Shown here: piece after piece, positions 1 to 8,834 of the stretch | How the letters are laid out: every line of letters starts with the position of its first letter | Numbering within the stretch: the stretch's first letter is position 1 | Assembly: GCA_949747515.1 (NCBI GenBank) | Contig: CATKFO010000051.1 | Location: 4,226-68,225 of the forward strand | Direction of reading: 5' to 3' | From: an uncultured Eubacteriales bacterium | GTDB lineage: Bacteria; Bacillota; Clostridia; Oscillospirales; CAG-272 | Length of the DNA: 64,000 nt | Position numbers and translations under genes: made by a program | Notes under the pieces: generated by a model | What the model was told of the DNA's origin: nothing | Databases searched by the model: none | Seen by the model: the letters and a program-made list of their open reading frames with translations, nothing else

Positions 1-496
1 CGCCTTCTTCGGCCGTATTAAGGATATGAGTTTCAAAGCGGTTTACAACTTCAAGACAGAAGTCGATGCCGAGATCTCCAGCGACGCCGCCCAGCTTCTT
101 TACGCTCTCGACTGCGCGGGCCCAGATAGCGTCCTTGTCGAGATCGGTAAAATCGTTCGGCCAGTATGTATACATAACGCCTACTATAGAACGCGAGTCG
201 AGGCGATCCATCTTCTTCATAATGTCGGAAAGGAATTTAACTCCGTCCGCGCGAACGGACGCGTCTGAAGAGCCGACGTCGTATTTTTTAGCGGGTCCTA
301 TATTTGATGTAATCTTAATACCGAGATCTTTTGTAAGAGCCTTAAGCTCGTCGAGCTCGCAGTCGCTCATTTTCAGAAGATCGCCGGCAGATATTTCAAG
401 GATGTCGAAGCCAATGTCCGCTGCCTTCTTTGCAAAATATTTGTAGTCGCCTGTCCATTCATGCGTCCAGTACGCGTAGAGAGTTCCATATTTCAT
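1..496 (-). CDS. D-psicose/D-tagatose 3-epimerase family sugar epimerase (runs off window; absent from ORF track)
   Basis: Manual translation from ATG at 496: MKYGTLYAYWTHEWTGDYKYFAKKAADIGFDILEISAG...FCLEVVNRFETHILNTAEEG; the YAYW start and EVVNRFE metal-binding motif are typical of clostridial DPEases. Confidence 0.85.
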   Translation of the reverse strand, partial: MKYGTLYAYWTHEWTGDYKYFAKKAADIGFDILEISAGDLLKMSDCELDELKALTKDLGIKITSNIGPAKKYDVGSSDASVRADGVKFLSDIMKKMDRLDSRSIVGVMYTYWPNDFTDLDKDAIWARAVESVKKLGGVAGDLGIDFCLEVVNRFETHILNTAEEG

Positions 497-885
497 GTTT
501 TGTTCCCTTCTCCCGCCGCTATTGGCGAGCCGTCCCGCCGAGAGCAGCGAAACGGTAAAATTTTGATCATCTTCATTATATATCATACAAATGTAAATTT
601 CAAGAGCCAGATAAGATAATAAAATACCGCGGCGGTTATAAAATGAATACCCGAATAAATTTTCTTACAATACGGTTGAAACTGAAAGCTCTGTTAAGCG
701 CAGAAAATACCGCATATCCGTTGATTTATGCAACCTATGCCGTTGTCAATAAAAAATCATCGCGCCGCCCTCTATGTAATTTATATCGCCGATAAATCAT
801 TAATTTTCAGAGATCGGATAACAGTTTTGGTCGACTTACTACAGTTAATCTCGACCTGTTTATAACAGATTTCAAGCTCGACAAA

Positions 886-932
886 GGTCAACATATCAAT
901 CGTTGACATTCAACTTTATGCTATGATATAAT
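886..932 (+). promoter_or_regulatory. sigma-A promoter with a possible operator over the -35
   Basis: TTGACA 903-908, 18-bp spacer, TG-a-TATAAT 924-932; inverted repeat GTCAAC-N9-GTTGAC at 886-907. Confidence 0.55.
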
Positions 933-974
933 AATAAAAATTATAATATTATAATTTAAAAGGAACGCGTCGGT

Positions 975-1970
975 ATGAAAACTAATAAAATTGAGCTCAA
1001 TCAGTTCACCACATGGGAACATGGTGAGAATTTCACATTTTCCGCCTGCATGAAACAACTGATGGAATGTCTCGGCGGTAATCGAGAACTATACACTTAC
1101 GGCTTTTTCGCAGGTCTTAGCGGCGACGACTTCGTTATGTGCTACGGCGGCGACAACGGGCAATACAACGATTGCGTGTCCGCTTGTGAAGAAACCGACA
1201 CTTTCCTTCGGAGAACTTTGGGTAGAATCGGACTACCGTTTTCATTCGTCCCCTCTAAGACATGGAGAGAAGACATGGAAAATATAAAAATACGAATTCG
1301 TAAGTTTATCGACAAAGGAATTCCAATACTAGTCAAAGGAGAAGAGAAAGATAAAAGCTATTCTCTACTGTTCGCCTATGATCAAGACGGAGAAGTCTTT
1401 ACTACCACATGCGGAGCCTCCGAAGCCGGGACGCCATCAGGGCTTCAGGAGACGTCATACATACTTGGACTTAACAATCTCAGCTTTATATTTATTGATA
1501 GTCTGCCACACATCGAAGATCTTGCTCTCGTTTACAGAGAATCCATTTTACAACTACCTGATCTCATGCGAGGACGGGCAGAACCTGGAGTTACCTTTGG
1601 AGCCGATGCATATATAAATTGGGCGAACGATCTGTTGGGAGGGCGCTACGCAGGCTGTACCGCCGAGAGCTTTCGCAAATGGGAAGACTGGAGCATCTAC
1701 ATATGCAACCTCGCTACCAACGCCAGACATGGCTGGGATTTCATCGCCAAAGCTTATGTTTATAATCCCGATTTGCCAAATATCTTACATTTAATTGCTC
1801 TGCTTGACCGTAACGAAGAAGTGTGGGACTATTTGGAGGATCTGGGTTTTGGATTTAACATCAAAGCGGATGCTTTTGGCGATAAGGAGAAATGTGCTCT
1901 CGCGGCCAATGCAATTCTAAAGCTGGCTAAGACAAACGAAGATATAATTCGGCTGTTTGAACCGCTTTAA
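975..1970 (+). CDS. hypothetical protein (possible distant BtrH-N/C39-like fold)
   Basis: 331-aa ORF with RBS AAGGA, own promoter and terminator; FSACMKQLMECLG...FFAGLSGDDF pattern; family uncertain. Confidence 0.6.
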   Translation: MKTNKIELNQFTTWEHGENFTFSACMKQLMECLGGNRELYTYGFFAGLSGDDFVMCYGGDNGQYNDCVSACEETDTFLRRTLGRIGLPFSFVPSKTWREDMENIKIRIRKFIDKGIPILVKGEEKDKSYSLLFAYDQDGEVFTTTCGASEAGTPSGLQETSYILGLNNLSFIFIDSLPHIEDLALVYRESILQLPDLMRGRAEPGVTFGADAYINWANDLLGGRYAGCTAESFRKWEDWSIYICNLATNARHGWDFIAKAYVYNPDLPNILHLIALLDRNEEVWDYLEDLGFGFNIKADAFGDKEKCALAANAILKLAKTNEDIIRLFEPL

Positions 1971-2005
1971 ATAGCGCCTATAGTTCGTCAGTTTTCTAAA
2001 TACTG

Positions 2006-2034
2006 AGTCCAGAGATAAAGTCTTTGGACTTTTT
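2006..2034 (+). terminator. rho-independent terminator
   Basis: AGTCCAGAGA-taaag-TCTTTGGACT followed by a T run. Confidence 0.65.
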
Positions 2035-2287
2035 CTTTGTATAGTAAAACGCATATTTTATGATTGGTTTGGAGCTCCGATTTTATATACCTTCAATTGA
2101 ATACAGAAATTTGGTGAACTTCTCTTTTATGAATAACATTTAATCAGCATCACGGTATAACCTCACTTATATTCATTAAATTTTATGTGAAAAACCTTGC
2201 GCTTTGAGTTAGAATCTATCTCTGCATAATTTTGAATTCATAACTATAGAGTCTTTCAACTTTTATAAAAAACGCGACTGATAAAAT

Positions 2288-2323
2288 AAAGGCAGATACA
2301 TGTTTTTTCATGCGTCTGCCTTT
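2288..2323 (-). terminator. terminator downstream of valS
   Basis: AAAGGCAGATACATG-N6-CATGCGTCTGCCTTT hairpin. Confidence 0.7.
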
Positions 2324-2349
2324 ACTTTTTTACTATTGAGACTCGAAGT

Positions 2350-4980
2350 TTATAACTTTTCCTTAACTGCTTTCAGCGCGTTCTCAATTCCTATCTTTTT
2401 CTCAGCGTACTTCGCGAGCTTAGCCTTTTCTCCCTCGACTACAGCCGCGGGAGCGCGAGACGTAAAGCCTTCGTTTGAAAGTTTACTTTCGGCGCGGGCT
2501 ATTTCACTGTTTACGGCCGCGAGCTCTTTTTCCAAACGGGCGGCTTCGGCTGAGAAGTCAACCATATCTGCAAGAGGAATATATATTGACGCGCAGTCCG
2601 TAACTATCTGAACAGCTCCGTCGTCGTCGCATTCGTCGGCTATCGTAAAGCTTGAAGCCGACGCGAGTCTCTCAAAGAAAATTCCGCTTCCTTCAAATGA
2701 TTTCGGATATTTTGTCACGACGGTAACCGCGGCTTTTCTGGAAGGAACTACTCCCATTTCAGCTCTGCGCGCTCTTATCGCCTTCACTGCGGTAATAACT
2801 CTCTCGAATGCTTCGGCTTCAGCTCCGAACGAAGGAAGCGAGTCTGCTTCGGGATATCTCTTTATCATTATGCTTCCGTTTTCGCCGGGGAGTCCAGAAA
2901 ATATTTCTTCTGTTATAAACGGCATAAACGGATGAAGAAGCTTCAGCGTTTCGCGAAGGATATATCCAAGCGTCGACTGAGCGTCACGCGAGCGTTCCGA
3001 GTCTTTCATTGCTACGGACGGCTTAGTCAGCTCGATATACCAATCGCAGTAAACGTCCCAGATAAAGTCGTATATTGCTGAAAGAGCCACTCCGATTTCG
3101 TAATTGTCTAGGTTTGAGTTTACAGTGGAGACTGTTCTGCGGAACTTTTCCAGGGCCCATTTATCCTCTGGAGCCAGTCTCTCCTCAGGAGGCAGCTTAA
3201 TCTCTTCTATCTCCATATTCATCATTACGAAGCGCGCGGCGTTCCAAAGCTTATTGGCGAAATTGCGCGCCGCCTCGATTTTCTCGTCGGAGAAGCGCAT
3301 ATCGTTTCCCGGACTGTTTCCTGTTGCGAGCGCGAAGCGAAGCGCGTCCGCGCCGTATTTTGAGATAATCTCCAAAGGATCGATACCGTTGCCGAGCGAT
3401 TTGGACATTTTACGCCCCTGAGCGTCTCTCACAAGACCGTGAATAAGAACGGTGTCGAAAGGAATATTTCCCGTATACTCGAGCGAGGAGAAAATCATTC
3501 GGGATACCCAGAAAGTAATTATATCGTACCCTGTGACAAGCGTGTTCGTGGGGAAGAAATGCTTCAAATCCTCAGTCTCTTTGGGCCATCCGAGCGTGGA
3601 AAACGGCCAAAGAGCGGACGAGAACCAAGTGTCGAGCGTATCCGGATCCTGCCTGACGGCTCCCCCGCACTTAGGACAGCGTTCGGGCGATTCCCCCGCG
3701 ACTATAGTCGCGCCGCAGTCGTCGCAGTAATACGCCGGAATACGGTGCCCCCACCATAACTGACGGGAAATACACCAATCTCGTATATTTTCCATCCAGT
3801 GGAAGTAATTCTTTTCAAATCTTTCGGGTACAAAGCGAATACGACCGTCTTTTACGGCTTCTATAGCCGGGCCTGCCAGAGGTTCCATCTTTACAAACCA
3901 CTGGAGAGAAGCGCGCGGCTCGACGGTAGTTCCGCACCGGTAGCATGTCCCTACGTTGTGAGCGTGGTCCTCTACCTTTATAAGATAGCCCTCCGCTTCA
4001 AGGTCTGCGACGATAGCGCGGCGAGCCTCGTACCGATCCATACCCGCGTATTTCGGATAATCTTCCGTAATCTGCGCTTCTGGAGTCATAACGTTAATAA
4101 GCGGAAGGTCGTGACGACGTCCTACCTCGAAGTCGTTGGGGTCGTGAGCCGGCGTAATCTTTACGGCGCCTGTTCCGAAATCGCTTTCTACGTAATCGTC
4201 GGCAATAATCGGGATACGTCTTCCTACGAGAGGGAGAATCAACGTTTTTCCTACCAGATCGGCATATCTCTCGTCCTTGGGGTTTACCGCTACCGCAACG
4301 TCTCCAAGAAGCGTTTCGGGACGTGTCGTGGCAAGTTCGATATATCCGGAGCCGTCCTCAAGAGGATAACGAATGTGCCAGAAATGTCCGGCCTGATCTT
4401 CGTATTCCACCTCTGCGTCGGAAATTGAAGTGAGACAGTGGGGACACCAGTTTATTATGCGCTCTCCTCTATAGATAAGACCTTTTTCATACAGGCGGAT
4501 AAATACGTTTTTAACAGCTTCGGAGCAGCCCTCGTCAAGAGTAAAGCGTTCGCGGCTCCAGTCGCAGGAGGATCCCATTTTTTTCAGCTGTTCGATTATG
4601 CGTCCTCCATATTTACGCCTCCACTCCCATGCTCTTTCAAGAAAGCCTTCTCTTCCGACATCCTCTTTTGAAACTCCTTCTTTTCTCATCGCTTCGACTA
4701 TCTTTGCTTCCGTAGCTATAGAAGCGTGATCCGTTCCGGGAACCCATAGAGTATCGAAGCCCTTCATCCGTTTATAACGTATAAGAATATCCTGAAGGGT
4801 ATTATCAAGCGCGTGACCCATGTGAAGCTGGCCGGTAATATTCGGAGGCGGGATTACAATAGTATATGCGTTCTTTTTATTGTCGCATAGAGGCTTAAAT
4901 AAGCCTTCTTCGCACCAGGAAGAGTATATACGCTCTTCAAAGTCCGAGGGATCGTAGGTTTTGGCAAGTTCTCGTTTCAT
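2350..4980 (-). CDS. valS: valine--tRNA ligase
   Basis: PPPNITGQLHMGHAL (HIGH), KMSKS, DWCISRQLWWGHRIP, C-terminal coiled coil; start set at ATG 4980 (MKRELAKTY) after GAAAGGA. Confidence 0.98.
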   Translation of the reverse strand: MKRELAKTYDPSDFEERIYSSWCEEGLFKPLCDNKKNAYTIVIPPPNITGQLHMGHALDNTLQDILIRYKRMKGFDTLWVPGTDHASIATEAKIVEAMRKEGVSKEDVGREGFLERAWEWRRKYGGRIIEQLKKMGSSCDWSRERFTLDEGCSEAVKNVFIRLYEKGLIYRGERIINWCPHCLTSISDAEVEYEDQAGHFWHIRYPLEDGSGYIELATTRPETLLGDVAVAVNPKDERYADLVGKTLILPLVGRRIPIIADDYVESDFGTGAVKITPAHDPNDFEVGRRHDLPLINVMTPEAQITEDYPKYAGMDRYEARRAIVADLEAEGYLIKVEDHAHNVGTCYRCGTTVEPRASLQWFVKMEPLAGPAIEAVKDGRIRFVPERFEKNYFHWMENIRDWCISRQLWWGHRIPAYYCDDCGATIVAGESPERCPKCGGAVRQDPDTLDTWFSSALWPFSTLGWPKETEDLKHFFPTNTLVTGYDIITFWVSRMIFSSLEYTGNIPFDTVLIHGLVRDAQGRKMSKSLGNGIDPLEIISKYGADALRFALATGNSPGNDMRFSDEKIEAARNFANKLWNAARFVMMNMEIEEIKLPPEERLAPEDKWALEKFRRTVSTVNSNLDNYEIGVALSAIYDFIWDVYCDWYIELTKPSVAMKDSERSRDAQSTLGYILRETLKLLHPFMPFITEEIFSGLPGENGSIMIKRYPEADSLPSFGAEAEAFERVITAVKAIRARRAEMGVVPSRKAAVTVVTKYPKSFEGSGIFFERLASASSFTIADECDDDGAVQIVTDCASIYIPLADMVDFSAEAARLEKELAAVNSEIARAESKLSNEGFTSRAPAAVVEGEKAKLAKYAEKKIGIENALKAVKEKL

Positions 4981-5034
4981 GACGCAATCCTTTCGGTAGG
5001 TTATGTGATAAAAATATTTATTTTGTATGGAAAA

Positions 5035-5330
5035 TAAAAAAGGCCCCGATATAATATCAGGACGCAAAATTACGCGGTACCACCCGACTTCATACGCGCG
5101 ATCAGCGCGGACGCGGCTCAAGCTCCGAACGTATCTTTTTGAGTTTGCGCGCTTAATTACGCAAACATTATTCGAAGCGTCTCCTTAACGCGGAGCGCGG
5201 CGGGGGTTACTATTTATTCGCCTCCGCGGCTCGGGAACGACTTCGGCGCCGCTGCCCTCGCGACGCTCGCACCTTTCCGCCGCTCTCTTTGAGGGAGACA
5301 TACCGCTTACTACTTTCCTTCACAGCCTGT
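5035..5330 (-). promoter_or_regulatory. T-box riboswitch leader (Val)
   Basis: T-box AAGTCGGGTGGTACCGCG (rc of 5073-5090), then terminator GTCCTGATA-tta-TATCGGGGC-C-T run; stem I AGAGA and GGTGCGA motifs; GAA-GTC specifier (Val, 5239-5241). Confidence 0.9.
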
Positions 5331-5426
5331 ATTGATAAGATAATACAATACTATCTCATACGCCAAAACCCCGGCAAAGCCGGGGCCTCCTAAAGACGAC
5401 AATATAAAAAATATCGTCTGATTTCA

Positions 5427-5511
5427 CGCAGGGAGTGGGATTCGAACCCACGTGGCTTTGGGCCAAACGGTTTTCAAGACCGCCTCGTTATGACCGCTTC
5501 GATATCCCTGC
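5427..5511 (-). tRNA. tRNA-Ser(TGA)
   Basis: GCAGGGA...GCGGT-CTTGAAA-ACCGT, long variable arm, GGTTCGAATCCC, TCCCTGC-G. Confidence 0.92.
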
Positions 5512-5881
5512 AAATTATACCTTTTTAATTATACATTATAACGCCTGTTTTGTCAATACAAATATTAAATTTTCATATTATGGAAAGCGAAATATATAAT
5601 GACGACGCATTTTAAATACACTTTCTAAAGAGAGTAATTATATAGGTTTATTATAATTCTTCCACGCAGCTATAAAAACTCTATGCAAATTCGCCTCTTA
5701 ATCTGTACACTTCAAAACAAAAACTTTTGATTTAAGAGACGACTATCGTCTTTATCTGCTTACGTGCTTATAATATACTAAAATTACTGCTAAATGTCCG
5801 CAGTCCGTATCAGTAAATTAATGATCTATCCTCCGCTTTAGGAAGATTTCTCCTTAAATAAACTTTACCTATCTCATTTTA

Positions 5882-6480
5882 TTAAATATTTTTGCATCCA
5901 TATTTAAGTCTATATTCTGCAATACTACGAAATATTTCGTCCTTATCTGCATTTGCCAAGTCGTTTTCCTTAATATAATCTACTATATCATCCAAATTAA
6001 CGATTGAAATAACCGGAAATCCATATTTCTGCTCTATTTCATTTATTGCAGACGTATTGCCGCTTCCTTTTTCCATTCGATCAACCATTATAATCGCCGC
6101 CTTTATCTTTACGTTTTTCAGCTGACTTAGCAAATATACGCTATCACGAATAGCCGTGCCGGCCGTAACTACATCTTCGACGATTACAATTTCATCTCCG
6201 TCTTTCGGTTCTGCTCCAACAAAGATCCCTTTTTCACCATGATCTTTTTCTTCCTTTCTATTAAAAAAGAAAGGAACGTCAATACCATGAGCGGAAAGAG
6301 CTATAGAAGTCGAAACAGCGATAGATATGCCTTTATATGCAGGACCATACAGTATGGTATGGCTTTGTTCCAATAAGCTCAATATAACGCTCCGCGTAAT
6401 ATCTTCCAAGTTCAGCAATTTTACTTCCCGTCTTAATATTACCTGCATTTAGAAAATACGGTAAGTCCCGTCCGCTTTTT
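5882..6480 (-). pseudogene. pyrE: orotate phosphoribosyltransferase, frameshifted and 5'-truncated
   Basis: KSGRDLPYFLNAG...LGRYYA in one frame; TILYGPAYKG...FNRKEEKDHGEKG...VEDVVTAGT in another; shift near 6355-6360; first ~25 aa missing. Confidence 0.8.
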
Positions 6481-6954
6481 ACGGCAAGGGGGAAATCAAT
6501 ACGTCCCGGAGGGAATCGTCTGGTCGTACACGCCTGCATATTTAACTCTGATGGAGAAGTGCTGATACAGCAGAGACAACCTTTTAAGGACGGATGGCCG
6601 AACAAATGGGACGTTACCGTAGGCGGAAGCGCAATAGCGGGAGACGACAGCGGCGCGGCTATCGAACGGGAGCTGTTTGAAGAGCTCGGACTAAAAATAA
6701 ATCTGAAAAACCGACGGCCGCACCTCACGGTCAACTTCAACGGCGGATTCGACGATATATATCTGATAAATGAGGACGTAGACATAAGCGCTCTGAAGCT
6801 TCAGCACGAAGAGGTTCAGGCGGTAAGGCGGGCAAGCAGGGAAGAGATTTTCCGTATGATAGACTGCGGAGAGTTCATTCCATATTATAAAAGCCTCGTC
6901 GATTACTTTTTTGAGGCCAAAAACGGATTCGGCTGTCACAACGAAAAAGAATAA
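6481..6954 (+). pseudogene. NUDIX hydrolase (Idi/YfcD-like), apparently lacking its N-terminus
   Basis: In frame from 6481: ARGKSIRPGGNRLVVHACIFNSDGEVLIQQR...WDVTVGGSAIAGD...AIERELFEELG (Nudix box); no start or RBS before the junction with pyrE. Confidence 0.65.
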
Positions 6955-6969
6955 AAATATAAAAAACGG

Positions 6970-7009
6970 CCTCGTCCCTTTCTATTTCCAAAAGCAAGAA
7001 AGGACGAGG
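6970..7009. terminator. hairpin between convergent NUDIX and NYN genes
   Basis: CCTCGTCCCTTTCT...AGAAAGGACGAGG. Confidence 0.55.
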
Positions 7010-7014
7010 ATATT

Positions 7015-8406
7015 TTATCTGTTTTTAAAGTCTATCAAAACGGTTCCGTCGTCGTCTATAGTAAGGCTCATTTGCTTTATGTATTTATCGTAGAACTGCT
7101 GCCTCTCGGCGTGAGACATCTCTATTCGCGTATTTCTCAGAGCGGCGCCAAACATATCGTACGCGTTAAGGTGAACCGCATCGTCGATATAACGCTTCAT
7201 CTCTCCGAAAAGCGCGCTGCGCTTTATATCGTCGCTGTTTCCGGAATAAAAATCGTCCAAATAGCAATAGAAAATTCCGGAACTCTCAAGAGCGGACTTC
7301 ATATCCGGTCCGCATTTTTCGCGCTCTATCATCATAAGGAACTTAACGTCGGGCAGCGAAGTAATTAAGGCCCAGTAATCGGAGTCGCTGGACACTATAA
7401 CTATAGAATCAACGTTGTTCTGATAATGCTCCTTGCAAGCTCTCGCAGCCAGCTGCATATCGACCAAGGACTTGTCCTGCTTCAGCCGCTCGATCATGTT
7501 GCGCTCTACGGGAATATTAGTATACGCCTCAAGAATCTTCCATGCGGTAGCCGTGTGAACGTCGTCGAATAGTATGATCGACGAAATTTTACGCATAATT
7601 TCAAAGTCGAGATTACGAAGCGTAGCGCACAGTTTGTACGGATCCGAATTTTCGCAGTCCACGACCAATACCGTTTTCTCGCTTGCGTTGATAAAGTCGT
7701 AAATATTGTTTTTTATATAATCGCCGGCGTCTGAAACTCTGCTGTATTCTGTAAAATAATCGCCGTGCCAACGGTACAGCAGGGTCACGAACTTTTTATC
7801 ATTATATAGTATGTTGCCTTCGTCGGACGGAGTCCAATTTATATAAGTCTGATACGGATACGACATTCTGTGACCGTAATACAGCTCGGCCGCGGCCTTC
7901 GTTCCCTGCTCAGTCAATCCGTTAGGCATAATAAATAATTCTTTAACGTACTCCCAATTTATCCAAATGGGAAAAATATTTTTACAATTGTTGATACGAT
8001 CCGATATGAGTCTGTTTAATTCAATTATATGCTGATACAGCTTAGAGCTGGATTTTTTTATAAAATTTACTCCGTCCTCGGATAGCTGGTCTAGATTTTC
8101 CCGAGGTATATACTCCGGCATATTAGCGAGCCCTCTGAAATCCATACGCATCGCGTCGTTAATCTTTTTAAAGTTACGTTCAATAGACGTTCTCATAATA
8201 CAAAGATTTCGTATAATACGGGCGTTTTTGTTCGTTTCAAGCAGTTTGTACGTCTCCATTTTAGGAGCTTCATGCTCTTTTTCAAAAATTCGCTTCGGAA
8301 CTCCGATAAGATACGCAAGCTTTGACACTAATTCATACGTGCTGTTTTTATAGACGGTCCGTTCTTCTTCACGCCCGAAATCAACGTCTATAGCTTCGTT
8401 ATTCAA
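7015..8406 (-). CDS. NYN (PIN-like) domain protein with a large N-terminal domain
   Basis: VVDCENSD, KSLVD and IVSSDSDYWALI acidic PIN/LabA-type motifs in the C-terminal half; TTG start after AAGGGAG. Confidence 0.75.
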   Translation of the reverse strand: MNNEAIDVDFGREEERTVYKNSTYELVSKLAYLIGVPKRIFEKEHEAPKMETYKLLETNKNARIIRNLCIMRTSIERNFKKINDAMRMDFRGLANMPEYIPRENLDQLSEDGVNFIKKSSSKLYQHIIELNRLISDRINNCKNIFPIWINWEYVKELFIMPNGLTEQGTKAAAELYYGHRMSYPYQTYINWTPSDEGNILYNDKKFVTLLYRWHGDYFTEYSRVSDAGDYIKNNIYDFINASEKTVLVVDCENSDPYKLCATLRNLDFEIMRKISSIILFDDVHTATAWKILEAYTNIPVERNMIERLKQDKSLVDMQLAARACKEHYQNNVDSIVIVSSDSDYWALITSLPDVKFLMMIEREKCGPDMKSALESSGIFYCYLDDFYSGNSDDIKRSALFGEMKRYIDDAVHLNAYDMFGAALRNTRIEMSHAERQQFYDKYIKQMSLTIDDDGTVLIDFKNR

Positions 8407-8834
8407 AATAAATCTCCCTTCAGCCGAGCAAGCGGCATAAATTAAACTTTAGTAAAAATTTTATAGTCTGCTCCGTAATAAATATGCGAAAGTAAATAAC
8501 CTCGGCAAAACTCTTTTTGATGAAAATCCTTCAGCTCGTGTTTTTGTTCCCGCACCGTCTTAAAGCTTATGTAAACTCGGGATTTTAATACAATTATTGT
8601 TATTTTATCGACAAGACAAGCTTTGCATAGCGGTGGATTATATTATAACTTTAACAAAATAAAAAAACAATTGTTTTTTGACGATTTTACCGGATGTTAG
8701 AAATAGTCTCAAAATCAACGAATATTTTCGCGCAATTACAAATGAAACCGAGATCTGCGTTAGACAACCGTAATTTTATACCGCTGTTCCGCAGATTCCG
8801 GTTTCACCCGAACGCGTCGTAATTATCACTTTAT

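Noticed and set aside
4981-5121. N-terminal extension of ValS in the ORF track
   Set aside because: It overlaps the T-box antiterminator and terminator; the RBS and homology start at ATG 4980
5427-5511. tRNA-Sec or suppressor tRNA
   Set aside because: The anticodon is TGA (reads UCA, Ser), not TCA, and the acceptor stem is 7 bp
6333-6785. 150-aa minus-strand ORF as a real gene
   Set aside because: It is the NUDIX antisense frame fused to the pyrE N-terminal fragment
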